NCBI RefSeq assembly: GCF_009914755.1
Contig: NC_060926.1
Source: the human T2T-CHM13v2.0 reference genome, Homo sapiens
Reading direction: 5' to 3' (one strand)
DNA: 64,000 bases
The position numbers and the translations under genes are program-made. Positions within the stretch are counted from its first letter, which is position 1; each line of letters opens with the position of its first letter. Below are positions 1 through 15,367 of this stretch, one piece after another. The notes beneath the pieces were generated by a model. It was not told where the DNA came from. It was given only the letters and a program-made list of their open reading frames with translations, and did not search any database.

Positions 1-2000
<2,000 letters not shown>

Positions 2001-2671
2001 TTAAAATTAATTAATTAGTTATACTCCCTTCTGTTCCTTTGCTCCATCATGATTTTTATTCTTGACTAAAAACTTGAATGCTAAGCTCACACTACAGTAA
2101 AAAAAAAAACTGAGTGCTCAATCTTTATTTATTGGTGTGCCTTGAAATTCTCTACCAACAAAAGTAATCACAAATGATTGAGCTCACAGTATGTTTCATG
2201 AAATGTGGAAAATATGAAGTTGTTATTAATTGTAGGAAGCATACATTATTTTCTAACATTTTGTATGCATTTCATATATACACCGAAAAAAAGATTCATA
2301 CATGTCGAGGAGATTGATGTGATCATGTAGAGAGGTGCTTCCAAGGCAAGACTAAAGAGAGACTGCATAGAACAAAGTGTATCTAATTAATGATGAAAGC
2401 ACTAGCATGTGGCCACAAGAAATGAGCAGATGCATTATTCAAACCCAAGTGTTTTGTAGTATGGATGGTATTTTGTCCCACTTTTCCAGTGAGTCACTAC
2501 AAAATTACTATCATAGAACATCTCTTTGCCTTCAAGTTATCTATCACATTTGAATTGGTAATTCCATGCCTCCATTTCTGTTTAAATAACAGTACATTTA
2601 TCAACAGAATATTTCTAATAACATTCATATTCTAGCATCCTTTTCTAAAAATCATCAGTATAATCAGCTAC

Positions 2672-2870
2672 CTTGTGGATGGAGTTAATCATAACTCTCT
2701 CTAATTCAACCAACCACTTCTCCACTTGACCTCTGGCTTTGGCTGTTGAAATAATCTCTATGAGTTCTACAACCTCTCCTTCGCTGCTCTTCATGTGAGT
2801 AATGTCTAAAGTTTCCGTAAATTCTACCTTTGCGATTCCTTCAAAACATTTCTTCAAGTGAGGTTGCACC
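2672..2870 (-). CDS. DNAH7: DNAH7 exon I (199 nt, phase 2/0): (R)[12 protein letters not shown]...[20 protein letters not shown]
   Basis: Acceptor TTCCTGACAG|GGTG, donor CACAAG|GTAGCT; [12 protein letters not shown] and VEKWL motifs. Confidence 0.97.
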
Positions 2871-3555
2871 CTGTCAGGAAAAACATTTTTAAGATAATTA
2901 ACCAAGTTAAAACAATTCTTTACACTCCAGAGTTCTTCGTTTAAAGTTCATAAATGCTAGGTGCTGCTGGGAATGAAATGCTGTGCAAAAACCGGAAACC
3001 CCCAAAACAAACAAACAAAAAACACAAGCTCTGCCTACATGCATTATATAGTCCATTGAGATGTCAGTATTAACTGAATAATCACAAAACATCTGTAAAA
3101 TTACAATTATAGTAAGAGCTACAGAGACAACCACGAGGCTTTGTCTTCAATACAATGAATTAAAAGATGCTAAAGGTAACATAAGGAGAAAACCAATCTT
3201 GACTAACAGATAAATACATGAATCTGAAGAATCTTCAAATGCACAAAAGTAGCCATTTCAACTGGGTTCTTCAGAGACTGCTTGAAAATTGTGGACTATG
3301 TTTAGTAACTTAGGTACTTTACAGTTTACTAAATCAACTGCGTTGACAGTATCCAACTATTAGTCTATTCAATGTAATACAGATGGGACTGACACAACTC
3401 ATTTTTGGCACACTACCAATAACCCGTTGCATTCATCTTTCAAATGGGCAAAAAGAAGCAAAGTATAAAAACTCAGATAGAAATCTGAGCCTAAATTTAC
3501 CTTTTGTTTAGATTACATATCCCCTACTTTGAAGGCACAAGTTAACAAAATTAAC

Positions 3556-4483
<928 letters not shown>

Positions 4484-4679
4484 AACGATTCCACGGTTCA
4501 TTCAGTGATACTAGTTACATTTTTAATAATTATCCAAAGTTGATTATATAATACTTGGAACATTCTTGTAGAAAAAATATTATATAAACATGATTATATA
4601 TATTTATGTTCTACTTTGTTCTAAAAATTAAGTTTAAGCAGATAAATTTAGTCATGTATTCTACATGTAAATTACTTAC

Positions 4680-4873
4680 CTAGTGGGATCTTTAGTCTCA
4701 GATAGTATCTCAAGAAGTTCATCATTGGACAAAAAAAAGAATCTGGGGAAAAAGAGGCGTTTCTTTTCCAAATATTCATTAAGTCCTTTAAGAATGAGCT
4801 CCAAAAGTTCATTAGATTTTTTCAGCCTTTCCAGCATTCTGTCAATGGTTACAACTGTCAGAACATGTTTATC
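4680..4873 (-). CDS. DNAH7: DNAH7 exon H (194 nt, phase 0/2): [17 protein letters not shown]...[31 protein letters not shown](R)
   Basis: Acceptor TTTTTAG|GAT, donor ACTAG|GTAAGT; [16 protein letters not shown] dynein motif. Confidence 0.97.
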
Positions 4874-6421
4874 CTAAAAATAAAAATAAAAAACACTCAA
4901 TTCAAAAATATTAGATACTAACTCTATTTATATTCATATTATATTTGAGATTATATGTTTGTAATCAAACAAAGGTTATGTAAATTTTAAGGGGAGTATT
5001 TGTTTTTTAAAAGTAGTCTTGCATATTCTAGGTCTACTTGGCCTCTCTGATTCTGTAAAAGTCACATTGATTTAATCCTCAGCCCTGTTCATAACGATTC
5101 TCATTCTAAGTTGAGAAGTGTAAGAAACAGAAAATGAGAGAGAGAGAACACTGCCTGAACTCACAAGAAGGACAGTGGAAACAAACTGGTATGAGATATT
5201 TTCTTTTGTATTTTATTCTTTGAGGAAAAGAATTCTAAACAATAAGTCATCATTATAATTATTATTTTGAATTTTATTGTTATGAATAATAATAACATAA
5301 CAGAATCCCTGTTTTATAACTACAGAGAAAAAAGTAAGGGTTGAGGAAATGAGGAAGAAAGCTTTCTAAGAAGATCTTACATTGTAAACAATGACCCTTG
5401 AAACTACTTTATAACACTTCTTGCTGAAGGACTGAAGTTCAAGGTGTGCTCTTCCTGAACTCTCTAGAGACAGACTGTTCCACCTTTAAGGCATGGTGAA
5501 CATTCTCACTTGAAAGTGTCACTGTGAGCTGTTTGCTTTAAAGTGATTCAAACACAATCAAATATTTTTAAAAGAGCTTTCTTTTATCCTGTGTATTCAA
5601 AATAAGAATTATAACCAAAAGCTGATCTTAAAGAACTCATATTTTTTAAAAAAAGTAAATAGAGTTTATTGATTTCTCAAAATATCTATACAGTAACCAC
5701 CAAGTTTATGAAAATCTTTAGAAATACATATAAAAATACAGCCTAGATATAGTTGAAATAGAATTCTTTTTACTTTTTTTTCTTTAACACATGGTTGATG
5801 TCATCTGGGTCTATTCTTGGTCTTATAATTCCAAAGTCAGTGTTCACCACTGACATCATTGACAATGTAAGGAAAGTTCTTTACTTAATAAGCTTGAAGG
5901 TGTTGAAAAAACAAAAAAGGTGCTAACACAACAGAGATTTCAATCGCCAAGTAGCACACCTCATGAAAATACACCAGACATTTATTAATGTAACAGGGCA
6001 TTTTAGGAAATTTATATGAAATTAAATCAAGAGAATATTGTTAAAAACTAAATACTAAATTTCAAGATTAACTAATTAGATATTTTAGGTATTTAGCCAT
6101 GACTGAGAGATAACCAAAAATGTAACCAGTAAATTTTTTCCTATAGGAATTTTATTCAATTGCAGGAGTCTCTAAAGTATGTTTTTGTGAACATACTTTG
6201 AATGTGTCTGAAAAGGAAAGATACAATTTTTGCTTTTTTTGGATTACAACAATGCAATTTGGAAACAGCAATTTAATCAAAGAAAATAATTATCATTACT
6301 TGTTTCCTCAATAAAACATGAATATATAAATCATATAATATAATTAGATCAATTTATCTTTAAAGGTGCATAATTTTTAAAAGGAATTTTATTATGCTTC
6401 TTGTTTTATGTTTCAAATAGA

Positions 6422-6425
<4 letters not shown>

Positions 6426-6470
<45 letters not shown>

Positions 6471-6472
6471 AC
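6426..6472. repeat. (CA)n microsatellite
   Basis: Direct inspection. Confidence 0.95.
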
Positions 6473-7059
6473 AGCATAACAGACTCAGGCCATCATGTTC
6501 GCCTAAATCCAAATATCAAAATAATGTTCTTAGAGTGCCACCTTCTGGAAAAGTATGCCTGTATTTGTTTGGGGAAAAAAGCTGAATTGTGGCTAATAAA
6601 TGTAAAAACTCCTTTCACACATGAACAGTATTTGTTATTCTCAACCAAAAAAATTATTGCAATGTTTCCATTCTTAATCTAAGATTTGAAAGCTAAAAAC
6701 TCAGTTATTTAAACCAGTATATTCCATTTGCTAAATATTATAATTGCCAAAATAACAAACAAACAACAACAAACCATGGAAAGAGCATTCAGGTAAACTT
6801 TTTTTATTATTGAATTTCCAGGGTCAAACCTATTTAACCAGATTAGCTTAATAACTCTGAACCAAATATGCTACTTTTAAATGAACACAGGCAATAATCT
6901 ATGTATCTTTGTATATGGATTTAAGATTTTAAAATAAAAGTAATCATCTTATGACTGGCAACTCAACTACCTTTACTCTCTCCCAGTGAGAAGACAAACA
7001 TAATAAAGACTGTATCAGATAAAGAAAGGGGCCCAAGTTGAACAGACTTGGTGTCTGTC

Positions 7060-7220
7060 CACACTCTATTCCCCACTACCTGTGCGACCTTAGATCATCT
7101 GCTTAATCTGAGTCCCTTTTTTATTATCTTGAAAATGGGGATAAAAGCCCTCTCTCAAAATCGGTATGAGGACTAAATTAGATAATGTATTTGAAGTGAC
7201 TAATATGGTGTCTAAAACAC
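7060..7220 (+). mobile_element. MIR relic
   Basis: MIR-core-like text: tgtgcgaccttag...cttaatctgagt...aaaatggggataa...gaggactaaattagataatgta. Confidence 0.65.
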
Positions 7221-7929
7221 ACAGACACTTGAAGCGACCCTTTTACTCCCCCTTTCCTTCTCCTCACCCCAAAATTGTCTGTTAGAAAGAGTGCAGGTGG
7301 GGAAGGATTGACTCTGGGGAAAGGGGAAAATGAAGCATTTACATCACTCCATGTTTTATGGAGTTAAAATGAACATTTTATAATCTTCCATCCTTCAAGA
7401 AAGGTATTTATCATAGTAAAATAACACTGACTTTAAATTCCTCTAAGAATCGCCATCAAATCCTGGTACAGAGTCACCATTCCATGTTGAGTGCTTCAGC
7501 AAATGCAGGATGAACTGCACTTGGGCTCATACAGGGAAACTCAAGGAATGTACAAGCCTCCATGTCACAGAAGGCTGGTACTTCATAGCTATGTCCTCAG
7601 AACATAGCAATAAGATGTTGTAACAGGAAGCTACTAGAAATTTGAATCTTAGTATGACTTCTTTGACACTTTAATTACTTTCTGTCTCCTAAAGGGGAAG
7701 AATTGAATTATTAATTGTCATTTTTTTGGTTAAAAGAACACTGACTGACAATTTTTAAGTGTCTTCTTTTACTTCACAACCACCCACCAATCTCATCAGC
7801 TCTAGTGATGATCTACTAGGTTTACATTTCTAAACCAAATGAATGTGATATCAGGGGCCCGAAACATTGAGTATATAGAGAGCTTTCTCATTTCTGCTAC
7901 TAGGAAGTTTCATAGAAAATACGGTTTTG

Positions 7930-9678
7930 TCACTGCTCAAAGAAATAAGAGAGAACACAAACAAATGGAAAAAAATTCCATGCTCATGGATAGGAAGGAT
8001 CAATATCATGAAACTGGCCATACTGCCCAAAGTAATTTATAGATTCAATGCTATTCCCCTCAAGCTACCATTGACTTTCTTTGCAGAATTAGAAGAAACT
8101 ACTTTAAATTTCACATGGAACCAGAAAAGAGCCCTTATAGCCAAAACAATCCTAAGCAAAAAGAACAAAGCTGGAGGCATCATGCTACCTGACTTCAAAC
8201 TATACTACAAGGCTACAGTAACCAAAACAGCATGGTACTGGTACCAAAACAGATATATAGACCAATGGAACAGAACAGAGACCTCAGAAATCACACCACA
8301 CATCTACAACCATCTGATCTTTGACAAACCTGATAAAAACAAGCAATTGGGAAAAAAATCCCTATTTAACAAATGGTGCTGAGAAAACTGGCTAGCCACA
8401 TGCAGAAAACAGAAACTGGACCCCTTCCTTACACCTTACACAAAAATTAACTCAAGATTGGTTAAAGACTTAATTGTAAAACTTAAAACCATAAAAACCC
8501 TAGAAAAAGAAAACCTAGGCAATACCATTCAGGATACAGGCATGGGCAAAGACTTCATTGGCTAAAACACCAAAAGCAATGGCAACACAAGCCAAAATTG
8601 ACAAATGGGATATAATTAAACTAAAGAGCTTCTGCACAGCAAAATAAACTATCATCAGAGTGAACAGGCAACCTACAGAATGGGAGAACATTTTTGCAAT
8701 CTATCCATCTGACAAAGGGCTAATATCCAGAATCTACAAGGAACTTAAGCCAATTAAAAAAAAAACCAACCCCATCAAAAAGTGGGTGAAGGATATAAAC
8801 ACACACTTCTCAAAAGAAGACATTTATGTGGCCAACAAACCTATGAAAAAAAGCTCATCATCACTTGTTATTAGAGAAATGCAAATCAAAACCACAATGA
8901 GATACCATCTCATGCCAGTTAGAATGCCAATCATTAAAAAGTCAGGAAACAACAGATGCTGGAGAAGATGTGGAGAAATAGGAACGCTTTTACACTGTTG
9001 GTGGGAGTGTAAATTAGTTCAACCATTGTGGAAGACAGTGTGGCGATTCCTCAAAGATCTAGGATCAGAAATACCATTTGACCCAGCAATCCCATTACTA
9101 GGTATATACCCAAAGGATTATAAATCATTCTACCATAAAGCCACAAGCACACGTATGTTTATTGCGGTACTATTCACAATAGCAAAGACTTGGAACCAAC
9201 CCAAATGCCCATCAATGATAGACTGAATAAAGAAAATGTGGCACATATACACCATGGAATACTATGCAGCCATTTAAAAAATGAGTTCATGTCCTTTGCG
9301 GGGACATAGATGAAGCTGGAAGCCATCATTCTCAGCAAACTAACACAGGAACAGAAAACCAAACACTGCATGTTCTCACTCATAAACGGGAGTTGAACAA
9401 TGAGAACACATGGACACAGGGAGGGAAATATCACACACTGGGGCCTGTCGGGGGTTGGGGGGCAAGAGGAGGGAGAGCATTAGGACAAACACCTAATGCA
9501 TGCAGGGCTTAAAACCTAGAACCTAGATGACAAAAAAAAAAAAAAAAAACCTAGATGACAGGTTGATAGGTGCAGCAAACCACCATGACATATGTATACG
9601 AAGGTAACAAACCTGCATGTTCTGCACATGTATCCCCAAACTTAAAGTAAAATAAAAAATAATAAAAAATAAAAAAAG
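7930..9678 (+). mobile_element. 5'-truncated L1 with an L1PA8-type 3' end
   Basis: ORF2 3' peptides; 3'UTR gagagcattaggacaaa...ggcttaaaacctagatgac; degenerate TSD aaaatacggttttgt (7915-7929) / ataatgcagttttgt (9681-9695). Confidence 0.93.
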
Positions 9679-10039
9679 AGATAATGCAGTTTTGTATACT
9701 TAATGGAATTAAGCTCAAGCCTGCCTGGTAAATTTCTGGGAGCATAAATTTCCTAATGCAAAATCCCTGGACAACAGAAAATTGATAAGATCCTCATTAA
9801 ACCTTTTGCACTTCAAGAAAGGAAATGTAGGTTGACAGAGTAGAACTTAAAACCTCTTACAATTTTAAGAGTCCTTGACTTCATCAGGAGCAGAAACTCT
9901 TTCATTTAGATTCAATGTATTTCTAGGATTAACCTAAATCTCAGGGCCCATTTGCCTAAAATTGAATTTTCAGAAGTTTTCCAGAGTAAACTCAGAATCT
10001 TAGAATTAACAATAATTCAAGCATCAATCTCAATTATTA

Positions 10040-10700
10040 CTCATTTAACAAACATTTACCAAGGGCTAATACACGTTAGTGACCTTTCTCAGTGCTTGGG
10101 TGACAACAGTGGACAAAACAAAGATCCCAGCCTCCATGGGGGAGACAGACAATAAATAACAAACATCATATTGATAAATTATATAGTAAGGTAGATGATA
10201 GATGCTACAAAACAGAAAGAAGTGATAAGAAGTGCCAAAAAAGTCAAAGGTGGGTTAATTTCAAATAGGATGTTCGATGTGAGCCTCTTTATAAAGGTAA
10301 TATTTGAGAAAATATATCAAGAAAGCAAAGCATTAACACCGCAGATATTTAGAGGTAGCACATTCCAGAAGAGGGTCCAACCAGTGCAAACGCCCTCGGA
10401 TACAGTGTGTTTGTTATTTGAGAAGAAGGAAGGGTGGGGAGGAAGCAAAAGAAGGAGAAGGAGAAGAGGAAGAAGGAAGAAGATGAAGAGGAGGAAGAGG
10501 AAGAAGGAAGAAGATGAAGAGGAGGAAGAGGAAAAAGGAAGAAGAGGAAGAGGAGGAGGAAGGAGGAAGAAGAGGAGATAGCCAGTGTGGCTGGAATAGA
10601 GTAAGTACAGTGAAAAGTTATAAAGACAGAGAGGTAAAAGCGTAGAATGAGCAGATCAAGAACTTCCCATTTAATGAAATCATTAATATGTCCCTCATAT
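10040..10700 (-). mobile_element. L2 relic interrupted by a purine-rich tract
   Basis: tcatttaacaaacattta...ggacaaaacaaagatcccagcctccatgg...gagacagacaataaa. Confidence 0.6.
10421..10578. repeat. GAA/GAG-rich polypurine low-complexity tract
   Basis: About 130 nt of nearly pure A/G from 10447. Confidence 0.9.
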
Positions 10701-10972
10701 AGAAGTATTTCTTCCCTGGACACTGAGATTACTTAATCTAGTTAGGATAATCTCTACTAGATTTCATCTAGAAAAGCCAAAAGTTGAGAAGCAAAATTGT
10801 TGTTAGCAGATTACATGGTTAATTGGTGAGACATGTCACTTCTATTTTTACTCTTTAATTCCCAGATCCATGTACTCTACCTATGAGAGAAATCATATCC
10901 CTGGAGTGGACAGAGAACATATACCATGTACACTCTAGAACTGCAGCCCAAACTCCCATCACCTTCCAACAG

Positions 10973-11327
10973 TGATATGGTTTGTTGTCCCCACCCAAAT
11001 CTCACCTTGAATTGTAATAACCCCTGTGTGTCATAGGAGGGACCTGGTGGGAGGTAATTGAATCATCGGGGTGGGTTTTTCCTGTGCTGTTCTCATGATA
11101 GTGAATAAGTCTCATGAGATCTGATGGTTTTATAAAGGGGAGTTCCCCTGCACATGCTCTCTTGCTTGCCACCATGTAAGATGTGACTTTGCTTCTCATT
11201 TACTTTCCACCATGATTGTGAGGCCTCCCCAGCCATGTGGAACTGTAAGTCAATTAAACCTCTTTCCTTTGTAAATTACCTGGTCTCAGGCATGTCTTTA
11301 TTAGCAGCATGAGAACAGACGAACATA
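10973..11327 (+). mobile_element. THE1-type solo LTR (ERVL-MaLR)
   Basis: TGATATGGTTTG start, ATTAAA poly(A) signal, 5-bp TSD aacag/cacag with one mismatch. Confidence 0.92.
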
Positions 11328-11769
11328 CACAGATAGAGCAAATTAATCTTCAATATAAGCCAATTCACTTTGTTTAAGGTCAATATTCATAGTAGGACCT
11401 TTACTATTACCGATGTCAGTCAACTGTCTTATTTCCCTTATAAGGTGAGTTCCTTAGCATATGCAATGTTGTGTGGAAACTGTGATAATGAGTAAGTCAT
11501 TCAGTAAGTCAATGAATGACAGTATTGGCAGAAACTTGCTGTGGGAAAACAAAAATTCATTTCGTGCAGACACAACACTGCTGGCTTCCATATTGAAAGA
11601 GGGCCAATGTAATATTCAATTCCCTCTAAATGAGTGCTGTATCAGAAGCATTATGTTAATTTCTGCTGTTGGCAGCTTGAGTGCACCCAGCAGTGTTGGT
11701 GAGGGGTAGTCTCCGATAGTAATTCCTTCCATAATTCCCACCACTGCCATCATGACTTCTTCATTTATA

Positions 11770-11892
11770 GCTACATTAGCCATGTATCCCAGTTTGATGA
11801 AGATAGTTCTGGTTCATGCTTGCTTTCTCAGATTATTAATTGCTTTAACTCTCAAATGTTCTCCAATTTGGACAATATATTAAATGATTATT
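11770..11892. mobile_element. Possible MER94-like hAT relic
   Basis: Degenerate similarity, recalled from memory. Confidence 0.4.
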
Positions 11893-11929
11893 CTATTTCA
11901 TAGCTCACTGTGCACATAGTGGCATATGC

Positions 11930-12400
11930 CGGTTGACATGTACAGACTAGGTCAACTGGTCAACCATATAATTAAGTTCCTCCTTTTGCAGTTGCACCTG
12001 CTACTAAGCAATCACATGGAACACAAATATGCTCGCTTTTAGGTATATTCTCTGATTCCTTACATACCTCTTCCCCAGTCTTCCTTTTTCCCAATCCTTC
12101 AAACTTGTTTCTAAGTCCTTGATTATGCAGCATAACTGTTTGCTACTGACCATCATCAACATAAATTCATACTTCTGACCAAGCACTCTTTCCAAGGAAA
12201 GTTAGAAAACCAATATAATTATTGAAGTTATGCCCATGAGAAGAATTTCTTTCCTATTGTTCTTTAAGTCCACCCCTAAGTGGAGTTATAATTTCCACTT
12301 CTGGATGGTGCAAGCATATGCGGCACAAACATCTGCAAGCAACTCTCTAATTTCTTTAAATCCAATCAAGGATTTTCTACCATTTCTATCTAATTGAGAC
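11930..12400 (-). mobile_element. Degenerate ERVL-class pol (RNase H region)
   Basis: Minus-strand peptides ADVCAAYACTIQKWK and IFVFHVIA resemble ERVL pol TDGSARYAGTTRKW and IFVSHVSAH. Confidence 0.6.
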
Positions 12401-15165
12401 AGGCCATTACAGAAGCCAGGTTTGGTCAATAAAACAAGTAAACAGAACCACTCACAGCTCCTTGACTAGCATCTTGAAACAGGATCTCTGGTAAGTGCAC
12501 CCATATCAACACATTTGACCACATCTAACTTATGTTCTTTCCTCCCTACACAAGCACCATTACAATATATTGCCACTTAATTTATCTACACCTCTGCCAA
12601 GGATTCTGGCAAGTGAGGCTAAACAGAGTTTGAGGGTCAGGGTACCCAGAGTCAATTACATCCAAGTGTCCCCATTTTCAGTTTTCACCACCCCATGCTT
12701 TGCAATAAGTAAACTATCTTTCACATAACAGATCTAGAAAGGCCATGAATTAAATTACATTGAAATTTGGTGACCTATTGAATCAGATTCTATAACTCAT
12801 TTTTGGCTATATCAAATTTGTAGCTATGAGAAATAAAAGGCTCTTTTAGCAAATCACAGAAGTTTCTTAGTTTTCTGACCACATCTTGAGCAGAGAATTT
12901 AAAACTGCAAATTATACCATGTCTTTTATTTCTCCAGTGCTTTTTAAAGAATTCAGCCCATCTCACCTCCCTTGTACTTCAAATTCTTATCATATTGACC
13001 TATTCAAGCAGCCTCATGGTCCACCAAACACTTCCCTGTACAACAGATTGTTCATTCTGGAAGTCTAAGAACATAATTGATTGAGTGATTTTTACACTGC
13101 ATACCAGATACTCCTAGTGTCCTATTTTCAAGCAATAACTAGATCTTCACTACTCTAAAACCCAAGTGGGTCATAAACAATCCTAGATCTCATACTTGAG
13201 GTTCTGGTATAGTTTATTCAAGTTCAGTGCAGAACCCTTCTACATATTAAGCAAAAAGGAATTTAACACAGGGAATAAAGTGATTACAAAATCACTGGAA
13301 AGCCTAGGGGAGCATACTTCCAGGACAGACTACTAAAACATAAGAACTGACTTTTCAGGATTTACTACTTCTGCCCCAATCAGGACTAAAGGATAACACC
13401 ATTGGAAATACTGAGTTCAACAACCCATCATGGTGGCTCTGATGCCAGAGTTCACTGGGTGGGATCAGGAGGCCACCATTATCACTGCCTCATAATACCT
13501 ATAAAACTGGTAACCAGATAAGTCCTGTTGGAAAAAAAAGTCATGTGTTCATGATCTTCCTTGACAGCAGAAGTAGCTAAAATGACAGAAAGCTGGTCAC
13601 TTTCACTTTTTCCATCCAAATCCCAAATGAGTGTATCTAACTGACAAGATCTAATTCACTTCCAGAAAGTCAGATGTAGAGAGCCTGGCAGATGATCTTT
13701 TCTGCTTTTCAGCTCACTAGATAGAGATGAAATGCTTGTTGCCAAATTACATTTACTACAGTAAAGAAAACAAGGAAAATAAAGAATGAGTACTAAGTTT
13801 TTGGCCTGAGCAACAGAAAGAATAGTGTTATATTTATTGAGATGGGGTTAGACAAGAAAAGGAAAATGTTTGGGAAAAAATTTAAGAGTGTTTTTGTCTG
13901 CTTTGCATGAAATACAAAAGACTTGGATGAGTCAAAAACCAAGTTTGGGGGTGAAATGCAGCATGCAGAGAGGGATTATCCACTTACTTCATCTCCATCT
14001 GGTGGGTAATTAACTAGTTCCCATTCCCTGAATCTCAAGAAGGGGGGCCCAAGAGAGTCCCTAATAAATTTTCTAAGGGCCTGAAAGGAGAGGAAACTGA
14101 CATCTTTCCTAGCTGGAGATCTGGTCAGTCACCCGGTGTGCTGAACTGCTCCAATGCTACTAGAACAGGAAAAAAACTCTGGGAGAAGATGGTGTGGTGG
14201 AATGGCCAGTGAAGAAGGGGCAAGAACTATATGCTCAAGGATACAAACAAAGTGGGTAGGGAAGATGAATTGTGCCCTTCTGCAGACCCCACTTTTGGGC
14301 TATGGCAGGCAGATGAAAAATTTTTTCCCATAACCTAATCTTAAAAGTAAGCAGGCATATGAAATTAAAGGCTGAAGATTTGTGAAATACTGCTACAGTA
14401 TGGGGTAAAGAGACATACACAACAAAAATATGGCAAAATACAACATCAGAAGGTCAGTTTGAAGATGTAGCCAAATCTCCCAGACAACGAACAAACCTAG
14501 GGGAGATACTCAAGATGAAGTCCCTCAGCAGCCAGACCTGTGTTGGATCTTCACCTGTCTACCCCGGATTAATCTGTGCTCATTACATACCCACAACTCT
14601 CCAACAGGCTAGACCAGTTGCAAAGACCAACAGAAAAGGCACAGGGCCTTCACATCACTGACAGGAGGTTAATTACCTTATGACCACTGACAAAAAAGAA
14701 CAGCCCATTTTGCAGGATCAGGTATATCAGAAAATGTTCTTTTACCCTCACTCTCTCTTTCTTTCTCTCTCTTTCTCTCTCCCTCTTACTTTCTCTCTCC
14801 CCATCCCTCCCTTCCTCCGTCTCTTCACCCGGTCCTTGTCCCAAACCCAGATGAGAAGCACAGGAGGAGAGAAGTAGAGTGGGAGAGTAGTCTCCATATC
14901 TCCCCACCCCTGGAACTTCATGTTTACTTGCACTGTGGGGAAGAGGAGAGCTCAGAGTAGAACAGAAGACTGAGGATTTGAAACAGGTACAAAACTCTCT
15001 TAATAAGCAAAAGTGACTGAAAAATTCTGGAATTAGATTGAAAGATCAATAAGGGAGCCTCTCTGAGTGAGAAAGGTCACTGGTTGAGTATAGTTGGTAG
15101 CATGAATTATAAGATTATTTCATGTTTACACCTCAAGGAAACCAAGACATCTCAATAAAGCCAAT

Positions 15166-15252
15166 TATATATATATTTATATAATTATAATATATATAAT
15201 TATAATTATATATTATATATCTACATAATTATATATTATTTTTATATATATA
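15166..15252. repeat. TA-rich simple repeat
   Basis: Direct inspection. Confidence 0.9.
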
Positions 15253-15367
15253 GTATTTTTAGTAGAGACGGGGTTTCACCATGTTGGCCAGGCTGGTCTC
15301 GAACTCCTGACCTCAGGTAATCCACCGCCTTGGCCTCCCAAAGTGCTGGATCACAGGCGTGAGCCAC
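15253..15367 (-). mobile_element. Alu left monomer only; lacks the first ~12 nt and the whole right arm
   Basis: tatttttagtagagacgggg...caggcgtgagccac. Confidence 0.9.

Noticed and set aside
8607-8617. Shared gggatAtaatt state as evidence for L1 gene conversion
   Set aside because: The third L1 (near 23105) has the same base, so the site does not discriminate and was left out
10195-10723. 128-aa and 124-aa ORFs rich in R/K/E or S/F
   Set aside because: Translation of the polypurine low-complexity tract
13900-15150. GC-richer segment that might be an unannotated exon or old LTR
   Set aside because: No convincing splice sites or frame, and DNAH7 exons G and H already join in frame; probably an ancient LTR that I cannot name
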